A model generated the notes under the pieces. It was not told the DNA's origin. It saw only the letters and a list, made by a program, of their open reading frames with translations, and searched no databases. A program made the translations under genes and the position numbers. Below, one piece after another: positions 40,664 through 51,701 of a stretch of 64,000 bases of DNA. Source of the stretch: Leptolyngbyaceae cyanobacterium. Its GTDB lineage: Bacteria; Cyanobacteriota; Cyanobacteriia; Phormidesmidales; Phormidesmidaceae. The stretch spans positions 576,001-640,000 of the forward strand of contig CBDHHL010000032.1 in NCBI GenBank assembly GCA_965263355.1, written 5' to 3'. Each line of letters opens with the position of its first letter. The stretch's first letter is position 1.

Positions 40664-43600
40664 ATGTCTACCCCAAAACGCTCTCGAGTTTCTAATCGTC
40701 GTCACGGCTTTCTAAGACAGGTTAAACGGTTACCAAACCAGTTTATGGCCTGGCTGCTCCGGCTTATTTTCGTTAGTGCTCGCTTCAGTCGCACTAATCA
40801 AGCAGGCTTTGTATTACCAACAACGGTTTTACTTTTGTTGATATTGACGTTAACCGTTTCTGCTTTGAGTTTTCGCTCATTTTCTCGCAGTGCACAGGTT
40901 ATTGCAGCTCGTGAGCAACAGACTATCGATAATATAGCTGCCCCTGCTATTGACCGAGCTAAAGCCAAACTTGAGTATATGTTTCTGAGAGATGCACGAT
41001 TCCCTGGGGGTGTGCCCTCTAGTGATGTCTTGCAGAGCATGATGCTAAATGACGGTAACAATGGTATTCCCGAAGTTACCGCTGGTGAAGGTGATCCTTA
41101 CACGTTTCCTGATGAAACCCGATTAGACATAGACGAGGATAGCAGTGATGATAATGCCTGGGTGTTTGAAACGGATGTCGATGGCACGTCACAGCTTATT
41201 GCATACTCGATTCTAATGGACGATGAAAATGCGGGTAATGAACTAACTGATGACATTAGTACTGCTAAAGCACAATCTAAGGTTACGCGTAACGGCCCGA
41301 TCAATACCCTTGAATCATTCGCAGGATGCGACTCTGCTAGGGCACCAGAAGGGGGATGGCAAGTCATCAATCCAGCTACAGTACAAAAGAACTTTCAGAT
41401 CACAGCGTTTGCCTCTAACGGCAGCAATATAAATCGTACGACAACGGCCCTGGAATTTCAGCAAGTGCGTCAAGCCGATCGGGGCAACAAATGGGGAGCC
41501 TGGTTTAAGTACGATCTTGAACTCTTCCCAGGTGCAGCTGATGACTTTTTGTGGAATGGGGCAATGCACACCGAAGGTAATTTCATAACCCGAGGTGATT
41601 TAAAAGCTCGTCTTATTAGCTCTCCAAATTCTTGCCTCTATACCGAAGATGCCTCAGAAATAACGCTTGCAGAACACGATAATTTCGAAGGTCAGGCTAT
41701 CTTTGGCACGACAGGTAATAACCGTTTTGGTCAAAAAAATGGAAATGAAGGTGAAGAGCCAGATTTTGATCTCCATGATGGGCCTTTTAATCAAGAATTT
41801 CAACGGGATGAAGACTCTGTGGATGGGGGTGCCGACGAAGCGAATGCAAAAGTAATTGAGAACATTGCTCTGGATCCAGTAGCCCTTTTTACTAAGGACT
41901 TCTTTTTCCATCGCTCACCAGACGATTGGACTGCTGAGCCTGATGGTGTACAGAGTAATCTGGTGCAGACGAATTTTTAATGATGACTGTTCGGACACCT
42001 TTCCTAGACGATACGTTTCGGGCTGACGATCGTTATGGGCCAAAGCCAGATTATGACCCAGAAAGTAATCTAGATGATTTTACGGTTCCTATTGGTAGAC
42101 GAATTATTGGTTCTGGTTCAGAAATTCTTAATGATCCTGTAGGTGGTCTAGATGGTTACTGGGAACGTCAAGCCATTGACCGAGGGCTGCGTATTATTGT
42201 GGGGCAGCGGTTAGAGCTAGGTAATACCTATGGTTGGCAAGGCGCAGATGATCCCCTTTATCCAGTTAACGACTATGGCTCCTTAGAGCAAACCCAGCGA
42301 CGCTCACTGAGAGATAATCTGGCAGCTGTCCAAGGGATGGTTGTTTACCACTATGAGACTAATAATGATGGTGATGGTTTCACATTTCCCCTAGCCTGTG
42401 TCGCGTCTACGGTTCATCCAGGGACAGAGCAAACGATTCTTAATAGTCGAAGCTTTGAAAGCTTAGCTCTAACCGCCTCCGCTGACACTGTCAGAACTGA
42501 CTTTTTAGAGGGGGTAGGTACCAATGGTTGGGAATTTGGTTACAACACCAATTTTGATTCACGATTTAAGTTTAGGGGGCAGTACAACAACAGTACTACC
42601 CCTTTGAAAAAGGCGTTGACTAATCTCGCCTATTTTGCGGGTGATCCAAATGGGGGAGCACCTTCATTTGAGCCAGTTCAGGATGACTTTGTGCATCCAT
42701 TTCCCTGGATGGCTATGTGGGGTGACTTCTCAGTACTTCGTCGCATTATTGATAATGGGTTTTCTTTTCAATTCCTGAGTCCCGCAGACCAGGCAACCGT
42801 CCACTCCGCCACATGTACCCTTGGTCTGTTAGCTTACAATTTGCAAAGCCTTCAGGCGGAGTTTGATGATATCGAGGCTTCCGGAAGTTGGAGTAGTCCT
42901 TTAGCTTTAGATCCAGAACAAGAAAGGGCTGCTAAGCAGTTTTTACAGGTTTTAAGGGATAGAACTTACGGATTCAATACAGAGAGACTTAATGGGGTTT
43001 GTGATGATGCTACCTTAACTAGCCTAGGTGTCTCAGTAACTCTTTCAAGTGCTGACAAAGATGCGATATGTCCTGCTGTAGGTGAAGAGGTCAAGTACCC
43101 TTCACTCCATTACTTGTTTCCCAGGTTCGACCATGACCAGAGTTCATCAGATGCTGCCACTGACACATCATCAGTGTTTGGAACTGACGAAAGTGTGTCA
43201 CAACCTGAAACAGAAGAATACATTGACGCGACTACCGATGTGTCAGGACAACCACTTGATACATATTTAGTTAGTGGTAACCCAGTTAACGATGGTCTGA
43301 CCTATCAAGTCGTCAATGCAAGCGATCCTGACAATTTTGATGTTTTTGCTAGCCCTGTTCGATTGCCTGAAACAACAGCTACGTCTCCTTGGAAATTGCC
43401 TAGAACTTTAGATGGAGCGGGAACGTTCACCGACCCGGATTTGCCTGGCGAATCCATGCTGATCACTAATCCTAATGGTGGCACTGTAGAAGTTAGTCTG
43501 CTTGATAAGGGCATGTATGACGGTCGAGAACTTATTGGCAGCCGCATGCTTGATGTAGATATCGACAACCTGACATCAGGAACAAACCCTGACGGTGCCG

Positions 43601-44979
43601 ACCACTGGATTGCCGATGTTGATGGCGTTGTCTATGCATTCCGTGAGGATGCTGTGCGTGAAGATTCAATCGTTCGTCCGAAGGACTCTGGTACTGAATG
43701 GGTTGATTGTGACGAATGGGCGGAGAATGATAGCGACCCAAATTGCAGACTGAGTGTTATCGGGACCCCTGATGCTGCACGAAAGATCTTTTTACAGGAT
43801 CCGCCGCTACCAGATGATTCAGGCGAAAACAAGATTACTGTAAAACCTGTGGATTTCTACGCAGATCCAGCTCGTCGTCCCTATGGCTTCCGCTTGATTA
43901 ATGGAACTACATTCAATCGAGGTGATGATGTTCTGTCTGGCATGACATTTGTCTCAGATAACTCGGTTTATATCAAGGGAAATTTTAACCTCCATACGAC
44001 CGACCCAACCAATGCACCCAATACACCTGCTGAATGTGATGATCTTTTAGAAGAGTTTACTGAAAGATTAGATACCGATTGTGACGGTGAAGAAGACAAC
44101 GATTTTTATGGTGCTCGCAATACCCTTAATACTGATACTTTTGCAGCCCCTGATAAGGATAAGCTGGCGACCAGCTGAGGTTGTAGGGGATGCAGTTGGT
44201 GTACTATCAGCTAATTTTTTAGACGGTAGTGTCGAGGATGGTTTTACCCTGGATCGTCTTCCTGCTGGCAGATGGTGGCAGGAACGTCTTCTTATCAAAA
44301 CCAGAATCGACCTGCTGGTGATACCCCAGGCACTGCCTGGTATCGAGAAGACTTAACAGTAAAAGATGATACTGTCCCTATTCGCATTGATCGCGACGGC
44401 AATGCCTCACGCGATGGCATAACCCCCTTTACTAACTACCTGCTGGTTAGTGACTATCTTCCCGACGACCTTGGCGATTTAACTGAGATTCGTAATGATG
44501 ACCAGCAGACACCATCTCCAACCCGTGTAAATGCAGTGTTTGTCAGCGGTATTATTCCGTCACGTGCTGGCCAAACCTATGGTGGTATGCACAATTTCCC
44601 ACGATTTTTAGAGTACTGGGATAATGTGAATCTCTATATTTCCGGTGGGTTCTTCCAATTGAACTTTAGTACGGCGGCAACAGCGCCGTTTGATCAAGAA
44701 GCTTTAGAGCCTGGTAATACCGCTGATGTCAGCACAGAAGAGTTTCTAACCCCCTTCTATGGTGCACCCACACGAGTTTGGGGATATGACGTTGGTTTGC
44801 AGTATGCGCCCGCTGCCCCCGTGGCTAGACGTTTTGTTACCGTAGGTCGTCCCCGCAGTGAGTTTTATCGAGAATTACCTGTGGATGATCCTTACGTAGA
44901 AAATCTACGATGTGCCCTTACACCTCCAGGAGGTACGAGGCCTGATGATCAGGTTGATCCATTCGCTGACTGTGCATGA
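40664..44979 (+). CDS. hpsA: Hormogonium polysaccharide biosynthesis protein HpsA, broken by at least three frameshifts
   Basis: GFVLPTTVLLLL, AIDRAKAKLEY, NKWGAWFKYDLE, DGYWERQA..GLRIIVGQRLELG, WRPAEV, GGMHNFPRFLE and WGYDVGL are spread over ORFs 40664-41980, 41980-44178, a short middle frame and 44272-44979. Confidence 0.85.
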
Positions 44980-45776
44980 ACCTAAAAACTGAAAATTTCC
45001 AATATTTCCAATATTTAGGCGGTAAAAAACCGATGTTGATTCCTCCAAAATGTCCGATTAAGAAGTTTACTAGCAAAGCTGATGAACAGGCTGGATTAAC
45101 CCTAATAGAAAGTGTGGTTGCCATAGCCGTTATTGGTATTACGGTTGCAGTTGCTTCCCCGGTTGTGGTGTTATCGGTTGCCACTCGAGTTCAAAATCAG
45201 CGTGCTGAGCAAGCCTGGCGGTTAGCACAGTCAGAAATAGACAATATTAGGCTTTTAGTCGAACGGGGTGGGGACTATAGTGCGGAACTGGGTGTTTATC
45301 CTGAAACAACTGAAGCTAATATTCAAGACACAGCTGCGCCTACTAGTTTTGCAGCAGATTTTGATAATACTGATCCTCTGATCGCTAGAGAAGTCAGCAT
45401 AGATGGTGATAACGTTCCTGAGTTTGCAGTTCAGGTGTTTCGAACAGAAGATGCTCAAGCGGCTAGAGATGCAACTGATACTGTTTCTATTGGATTTGAA
45501 GTTGTTGCTAGAGTTTACGACCATCGGGCGGCTGAACCTAATTTAGGAGCATTAGAGACTGATGAAGCTCGTTTAGGGCTTACGGGGCCAGGTTCAGAGC
45601 CAAATCCCGATGGTACTACTGGTGGCGGCACCCTATTTGGCAATCGTGCTAGGCAACCATTGGCAGTGGTGTACACCACGATCTTGCAAGGTGAGCGGGA
45701 TGGAACTGGAGATTATTGTCAATATTGGGAGTATATTGAGCCCGGCGTTGACACGGATGGCCTTAATTGTTCGTAA
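44976..45776 (+). CDS. hpsB: Pseudopilin, HpsB-like
   Basis: Prepilin motif G|LTLIE and SVATRVQNQRAEQA; directly follows hpsA. Confidence 0.75.
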   Translation: MNLKTENFQYFQYLGGKKPMLIPPKCPIKKFTSKADEQAGLTLIESVVAIAVIGITVAVASPVVVLSVATRVQNQRAEQAWRLAQSEIDNIRLLVERGGDYSAELGVYPETTEANIQDTAAPTSFAADFDNTDPLIAREVSIDGDNVPEFAVQVFRTEDAQAARDATDTVSIGFEVVARVYDHRAAEPNLGALETDEARLGLTGPGSEPNPDGTTGGGTLFGNRARQPLAVVYTTILQGERDGTGDYCQYWEYIEPGVDTDGLNCS

Positions 45777-45834
45777 ATGATGCGGCTGAACTTGCTGTTG
45801 TAACTAAGTTGTAATTCCCATAGGCAAAATAGAC

Positions 45835-46836
45835 ATGTCAGTGCATGCTTTTTATAAGAGTTTATTTAAACAGCACAAGAGGTCAAGCTGTTATTCACAT
45901 AGCGGATTCACGCTGATTGAGCTTTTGGTTTCCCTTTTTATTGGCGGGATTCTAATTACAGGTTTACTCGCTATAATCGTCGATTTTCTAAAAGTTGATC
46001 GCCGTGAGGTTATCCTTGAACAAACTCAACAGGATATGAGCCGAGCGATAGACTATATTGCCGATGATTTACGTGAGGCAGTCTATGTTTATACTGATCC
46101 AACTGTTGTGACCGATGAACTAACTGACGAGCCTGCTGGAACGCCAATCTTAGCATTTTGGCGGCCTGATGCTATTGAAAATGATCTTCCGGATTGTGGT
46201 GCTGTAGCAGCTGCACTAAAGGATACTTGCGATGTATTAAGATTGCGGCAGGCGGCCTATTCTCTAGTTGTTTATTTTGAAAGAGATATTGCCGATGCTC
46301 CAGATCCAGATACATGGGTGGGACCGTCACAGATTGTTCGTTACGAGTTGGAAAGATTTGCCAATCTTGCAAATTTGACTGAACGTGATGGATATCTGGA
46401 TCCAAGTTCTAATAATCAAGGTGTTAGTTTTGCTAACTGGGAAAGAGATGACGGAGATGCTAATACAGCTGGTGAGGCAAATGTATTAGTTGATCTGCTA
46501 GATGCTGGAGATACCCCCTTCAATAGGGCACCTTTAACCGATACTACTCCATGCGAAACTACATATGGTCCAAGCTATGTAGTTGTTCCAGCCACGGCAG
46601 CACCAGATAGCAACACTAACTTTTTTGCCTGCGTTCGTAATCCAGACTCTGATGACCCCGATGATGATGGCAGTTCTAACCAAGATGTCTATATTTTTTT
46701 AAGAGGAAATATTGCAAACTTAGCCGGTAGAGCCTTGGAACTAGGACCAGTCAGAGACAATAACAGCGGTCTACCTACTTTAGAGACACGAGTTTTAGCT
46801 AGGGGCGTAATCAACAAAAGCCCAGTTGATAATTAG
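45835..46836 (+). CDS. hpsC: Pseudopilin, HpsC-like
   Basis: G|FTLIEL, AIDYIADDLREAVYVY, PILAFW and YIFLRGN. Confidence 0.78.
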   Translation: MSVHAFYKSLFKQHKRSSCYSHSGFTLIELLVSLFIGGILITGLLAIIVDFLKVDRREVILEQTQQDMSRAIDYIADDLREAVYVYTDPTVVTDELTDEPAGTPILAFWRPDAIENDLPDCGAVAAALKDTCDVLRLRQAAYSLVVYFERDIADAPDPDTWVGPSQIVRYELERFANLANLTERDGYLDPSSNNQGVSFANWERDDGDANTAGEANVLVDLLDAGDTPFNRAPLTDTTPCETTYGPSYVVVPATAAPDSNTNFFACVRNPDSDDPDDDGSSNQDVYIFLRGNIANLAGRALELGPVRDNNSGLPTLETRVLARGVINKSPVDN

Positions 46837-46880
46837 TTATTAGTATCACTGTTGTTTGACAGCCAAAACCCATATTCACT

Positions 46881-47426
46881 ATGAGATTTAAGCACTTAAC
46901 TAAGAACAATTCGCAATCGGGATTTACGTTACTGGAAATTCTGGTGGTTATTGCGATATTAGGTATTTTGGCTGCAATTGCCGCCCCTGGCTGGTTAGCG
47001 TTTTTAGGAAGACAACAGCTTAATGATGCTCAAAATACTGTTTATCAATCGATAAAAGATGCTCAGAGCAAAGCACAACAACGTAGCGAGCGTTGGCAAT
47101 TTAGTATACGTGATACAGGTGATGCACTAGAAATAGCGACCCATAGAGCAACTTCACCCCCAAACCTTTGGAATCCCATCAATGATAGTGGCAACTTAAA
47201 CATTGATGATACTGATCTCAACACAATACCCAATACTGGCGGAGTATATTCTGTAATTTTTGACCATCAAGGTAATGTTGTTAATGGAGACGTTACTAAT
47301 GACGATGGTGATGTTTTCTCCTCAGGGACGGGTAACATAGCTCTTCTAGGCGAACGTACTGGCCAATTAACGCGATCAGTTAATGTGAATACACTCATCG
47401 GTACAATTCGTAAGTCAAACGATTAG
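46881..47426 (+). CDS. Pseudopilin (FimT/GspH-like, probable HpsD)
   Basis: G|FTLLEILVVIAILGILAAIAAPGW. Confidence 0.85.
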   Translation: MRFKHLTKNNSQSGFTLLEILVVIAILGILAAIAAPGWLAFLGRQQLNDAQNTVYQSIKDAQSKAQQRSERWQFSIRDTGDALEIATHRATSPPNLWNPINDSGNLNIDDTDLNTIPNTGGVYSVIFDHQGNVVNGDVTNDDGDVFSSGTGNIALLGERTGQLTRSVNVNTLIGTIRKSND

Positions 47427-47579
47427 TTTTTCGTTATCGAAGATTTTCTAGTTTAAGCTCAGAACCAACAGAAACGAGGTTCAACATCAAGGTCATCAAT
47501 CGTTCAGAATCTTCTTTAGAACACCTATGGCTTAGGCGGGAATGTTAGGTCTGTATTTACTGACTGAGTCCTGATAACC

Positions 47580-48119
47580 ATGGGTGTATTCAATTCTTCG
47601 AAGGATCTGACAAAAGAAGACCAAGATGGATTTACCTTACTTGAAACTCTTATAGTTGTTTCCATGCTGGGTATATTAAGCACTATTGCTATAACTGCAT
47701 ATCTTAGCTTTTTTGAAAATTATCAACTATCCATCGCCCAAAACAAACTACATCAAGCTATCCGTCAGGCCCAATCAACTGCCAAACATGAAAGTACGGC
47801 TTGGAGATTTGGAGTTCGGGATAATGCTGGCACTATTGAGTGGTCTGTCTATAAGGATGGAGCAACGGATATGCAATGGCATACGCTGAGTAACTCTCTC
47901 AAATTAGATGAGGAAACAACGTTACGTAAGTCTTCTACAGGTACTTATTCTGCCAAGTTTGATTACAAAGGTAATGCAAAAATTTTAGGTAGAGTAACTC
48001 TTGTTGGTAAATATAACTCTTCTTCCAAACGCTGTGTGATTGTGTCCACATTAATTGGAACAACACGCCAAGGTAGAGGACATACAAAACCAAATTCTTC
48101 TGGGCGTTACTGTTATTAA
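47580..48119 (+). CDS. Second FimT/GspH-like pseudopilin
   Basis: G|FTLLETLIVV; C-terminal KRCVIVSTLIG...C. Confidence 0.85.
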   Translation: MGVFNSSKDLTKEDQDGFTLLETLIVVSMLGILSTIAITAYLSFFENYQLSIAQNKLHQAIRQAQSTAKHESTAWRFGVRDNAGTIEWSVYKDGATDMQWHTLSNSLKLDEETTLRKSSTGTYSAKFDYKGNAKILGRVTLVGKYNSSSKRCVIVSTLIGTTRQGRGHTKPNSSGRYCY

Positions 48120-48148
48120 TCTACGGGAGTCTCATCAAATCACTGCTT

Positions 48149-48787
48149 ATGCATTGCACGAGTGTTATTGACAATATAGTTTTTGACTTGGGTGGAGTCA
48201 TTGTCAACTTAGATTATGGGCTAACAATTCAAGCGTTTAGTAAGTTGGCAGGCTATGACATCACTCAGCAATATAGCCAGCAAAGTCAGGCAGATATTTT
48301 TTCCCAGTTTGAAGTGGGTGATCTTACAGCGGCTGAGTTTCGTCAGAAACTTATGGGGTTGCTGCAGTTTGAAGCGGATGATGAGGCTATTGACCAGGCT
48401 TGGAGTGCGTTGATTCTGGATTTTCCGCCGGAGCGGGTGGAGTTGATACGTCAACTCGGCAAGCAAAAGCGGATCTTTTTACTTTCAAATATTAATGAGC
48501 TGCATTTAGCGACGAGCGATCGCAAATTTACTCAAACTATGGGTCATAACATTGGCACCCTGGCCGACCAGTTTGAGCGGGCCTACTATTCGCATCTGGT
48601 GCGCGATCGCAAACCAAATTCCAGCATCTTTCAACGGGTGGTTGACGAAAATAATCTCGACCCAACCAAAACATTATTTCTAGACGATACCGCCCACAAT
48701 TTAATCGGAGCCCAGCAGGTTGGTATGCAAACCATCCACATTAACCAAAAACAACCTATCGAAAGCCTGAATTTGCTCGATTTATAA
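48149..48787 (+). CDS. HAD-family phosphatase (YihX-like)
   Basis: FDLGGV, LLSN, RKP and FLDD. Confidence 0.88.
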   Translation: MHCTSVIDNIVFDLGGVIVNLDYGLTIQAFSKLAGYDITQQYSQQSQADIFSQFEVGDLTAAEFRQKLMGLLQFEADDEAIDQAWSALILDFPPERVELIRQLGKQKRIFLLSNINELHLATSDRKFTQTMGHNIGTLADQFERAYYSHLVRDRKPNSSIFQRVVDENNLDPTKTLFLDDTAHNLIGAQQVGMQTIHINQKQPIESLNLLDL

Positions 48788-48844
48788 GGATTTTGCGCAC
48801 GTTAGCAACAGACAAAAGGATAAAATAATTATCTGTGTCCCCCT

Positions 48845-49678
48845 TTGACGTTGCAATTTCCTATGGTAAGCCCCACTGATTTTGTCCTATTTGCCCTCCT
48901 CGGTATTGGTACCGGTACCATGGCTGGCATGCTTGGCATTGGCGGGGGCATGCTGATTGTCCCTGGATTGTTCTATCTTTTTTCTCTGATGGACTTACCC
49001 AGCTATAGTCTGATGCATCTTGCGGCAGGCAGTGCTATGTGCATCATGATTTTCACCTCCGCATCGTCGACCTTGTCCCATCATGCTCGGGGCGATGTAC
49101 AGTGGACAATTTTTAGGCGAATTATTGCCGCCATCGGCATCGGTGTTATTCTAGGTAACTTGCTATCCAACCATTTAGATACCCATTGGTTAGAAATTAT
49201 TTTTGGTGCTTTTCTCTTATTTGTCTCCGTTAAAGTTTTACTGGATTGGAAGCCAGCTTTTGAAGAAACAACCACACCGCCTCTTTGGGTGACAGCCTTA
49301 GTAGGTACATTAATCGGTTTCAAGTCAGGGATTTTAGGCATTGGTGGTGGAGCTATTAGCGTTCCATTTTTGTTGTATTGTGGCCTACCGATGAATAAGG
49401 CAAGTGGCACATCAGCCTCGTTTACCCTACCTATTGCCATTGTTGGCACCCTATCCTTCTTATTATTTTCCCAGGGATATACAGATATTTCCTGGGCAAC
49501 CGGCTACATCTATTGGCCAGCCGTAGCCCTAGTAGCTCCATTTACCGTGATTGGTGCCCCCATTGGCACAAAACTATCCCACGTTATTTCGCCCCAATAT
49601 CTGCGACGAATTTTTGGCCTATTGCTAGTAGTAATTGGCCTAAGAATGTTTGGAGGCGGTATGCAGTTTTTTGCTTGA
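48845..49678 (+). CDS. TauE/SafE family membrane protein
   Basis: Two GxxGIGGG repeats and about eight TMs. Confidence 0.88.
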   Translation: MTLQFPMVSPTDFVLFALLGIGTGTMAGMLGIGGGMLIVPGLFYLFSLMDLPSYSLMHLAAGSAMCIMIFTSASSTLSHHARGDVQWTIFRRIIAAIGIGVILGNLLSNHLDTHWLEIIFGAFLLFVSVKVLLDWKPAFEETTTPPLWVTALVGTLIGFKSGILGIGGGAISVPFLLYCGLPMNKASGTSASFTLPIAIVGTLSFLLFSQGYTDISWATGYIYWPAVALVAPFTVIGAPIGTKLSHVISPQYLRRIFGLLLVVIGLRMFGGGMQFFA

Positions 49679-49692
49679 GGCACAGAAAAGAA

Positions 49693-50982
49693 TTAACCCA
49701 CATACTCCTGCTGTTCAAGAAACCAGTCTTTGGCCCAAAGCAGGGCCTCATCAGCACTGGTCAATTGTCCCTGCGCTTGGGCAGTTTCAATAGCACTGAG
49801 CAATTGTCCTATTTGAGGACCCGATTTTAGATCTAAACGGCGCATTATCTCTTTGCCACTGACCAGTGGTATGGGATGGGCAATGGGGTCATCAGCTGTT
49901 TGATAACGTTTCACCATCGCAACTACTAACTCAGCAGAGATACCTAAAGATAACGCTACCAAAGACACCGCTGGAAAACTAGTACTCGCAGTCTTAAACA
50001 GGAAGAACTGATCCGCTCTCGATAAATATCCCCCTTGATCAGCCATACGGCCTAAATAAGGCTGAGACTGAAGAACTCTAAAGATAGATTGCCCTTCACT
50101 ACGGCTGTACTTTAATCGTACCAACCAACGGTTAGCGGCCTCTTCATCCAGCGGTAGTAAACGCGATAAGCGAGCAGCTTTAATCCAGCTACGATAGTGG
50201 CCTGCAGGCACAGTATCCTTCCATCCGTGCAACAATTTCAGATAGCCTGACATCTTTGGCAAATTTTCCAGGGCCTGATCTAAGGCCGCTAATTGTTCTG
50301 TATGTCTGGCATTTAAATGGGGCAACCAAGCAGCAAACAAGCCATCCTGCCAGGCCATCCGAAAACAAGTTGCTCCGTTAGGCTGACTTAGCAGAGCATC
50401 TAGTTCATGGCGAATGCGCTCAGCAGCAATATTCTGAAGCAGGGGAGCTAATTCACGAATCGTACAGCGCGTATCATTATCGATGGTAAATCCTAGTTGG
50501 GCTGCCTGCCGGTAAGCCCGCAACAATCGCAACGGATCCTCAGCCAAGTTTTCACGGCTGACCATACGTAGGGTTTGTTGTTTTAGATCGGCCATGCCAT
50601 TGAGTGGATCGATCAACCGGTCGCTTTGGGGATGGTAAGCAATGGCATTAATAGTAAAGTCTCGGCGCTGTAAATCAGTTTCTAGGGTAGGCCCCACCTG
50701 TTGAGCAAAGTCGATGGTGGCCTGGTCGAATACAGCACGGGCAATTTGATTGTCGGCATCAAGCACCACAAAGCCTGCCCGATAGCGTCTAGCAATATCA
50801 CTTGCGATCGCGACCGCTCCATCCGGCAAAACAAAATCCAAATCTAAATAATCCGCCTGGCGCTCCAGCAAAGCATCACGAACACTGCCCCCGACCACAC
50901 AGGCCGTTTCCGGCAGCAAGCGACTATCAAAGGGCCAAGTTTTCGGGATTAGGGCAGACGCCATAGACGACACAAACTTCAA
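49693..50982 (-). CDS. tRNA nucleotidyltransferase, probably the CC-adding type
   Basis: VVGGSVRD, DLDF, DLQRRDFTINA and EDPLRLLRAYR. The loop before RRD is short, as in CC-adding enzymes (inference). Confidence 0.88.
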   Translation of the reverse strand: MKFVSSMASALIPKTWPFDSRLLPETACVVGGSVRDALLERQADYLDLDFVLPDGAVAIASDIARRYRAGFVVLDADNQIARAVFDQATIDFAQQVGPTLETDLQRRDFTINAIAYHPQSDRLIDPLNGMADLKQQTLRMVSRENLAEDPLRLLRAYRQAAQLGFTIDNDTRCTIRELAPLLQNIAAERIRHELDALLSQPNGATCFRMAWQDGLFAAWLPHLNARHTEQLAALDQALENLPKMSGYLKLLHGWKDTVPAGHYRSWIKAARLSRLLPLDEEAANRWLVRLKYSRSEGQSIFRVLQSQPYLGRMADQGGYLSRADQFFLFKTASTSFPAVSLVALSLGISAELVVAMVKRYQTADDPIAHPIPLVSGKEIMRRLDLKSGPQIGQLLSAIETAQAQGQLTSADEALLWAKDWFLEQQEYVG

Positions 50983-51268
50983 CGATGCAGCTCCAAAACG
51001 TAGTGCGGCTTACAATTCTCCTACATTGCGTCGCCCGTAAACACGGATTTTGATAGCAATTTTTTAGGATTTTGATAGGTTTCCTCTCAAATCATCGGGC
51101 AACTGCACAATTTGAAACAAATTTTCCTGCCCATATTTTAGCTGCGCTAAAGTAGTTGCAAAGCGCATTCCATTGAATGGAATACCCCTAATTACTGTGC
51201 AGTCTATATTATTCTTTCTCTGCCAGTTTATCCGATACACCCTCTGCTTTCGTTCCCTTTTCGCTTTC

Positions 51269-51341
51269 TAAACCACGTCTAAGTTGAAACCTATTGGTTC
51301 TTCTATAGAAAAACTCTAGTTCTGGACGTGGACAAGGTTTA
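51269..51341 (+). repeat. Dispersed structured element, copy A
   Basis: TAAACCACGTCTAAGTTGAAAC...TGGACGTGGACAAGGTTTA; homologous to the copies at 59461 (+) and 56386 (-). Confidence 0.85.
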
Positions 51342-51380
51342 ATTCAGAAGTCCAGTCTTCAGTACAAGTTTCCCCGTTAT

Positions 51381-51662
51381 ATGTGTATTTGCATCAACTG
51401 CCATTATGTTGACCGCTGCATTACCTACCATGCAGTTGAAACTAATCATCGGCAACCCCATTTAACCGATACCCCAAATTTTGATCCTCAAAATCCCACC
51501 ATTAACGCCAATATCATGCCCCCCGTCGTCAGTGTGGAAGGCGATCGCATTGTCCAGTCCGGCGATTTTGGCTTTGAATACGATGTAGTAGGCTGTGATA
51601 GCTTTCAAGAAGATATGGGTAAATGGGCCAGATTACGCCCCGGTGAAGCCATTCCGACATAA
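51381..51662 (+). CDS. ycf34: Ycf34 family protein
   Basis: MCICINCHYVDRCITYHAVE..H and DVVGCDSF...GKW..LRPG. Confidence 0.92.
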   Translation: MCICINCHYVDRCITYHAVETNHRQPHLTDTPNFDPQNPTINANIMPPVVSVEGDRIVQSGDFGFEYDVVGCDSFQEDMGKWARLRPGEAIPT

Positions 51663-51701
51663 TTTGCTGGGTGAATTAAACGCCATCGCGAATCGTACAG
51701 A

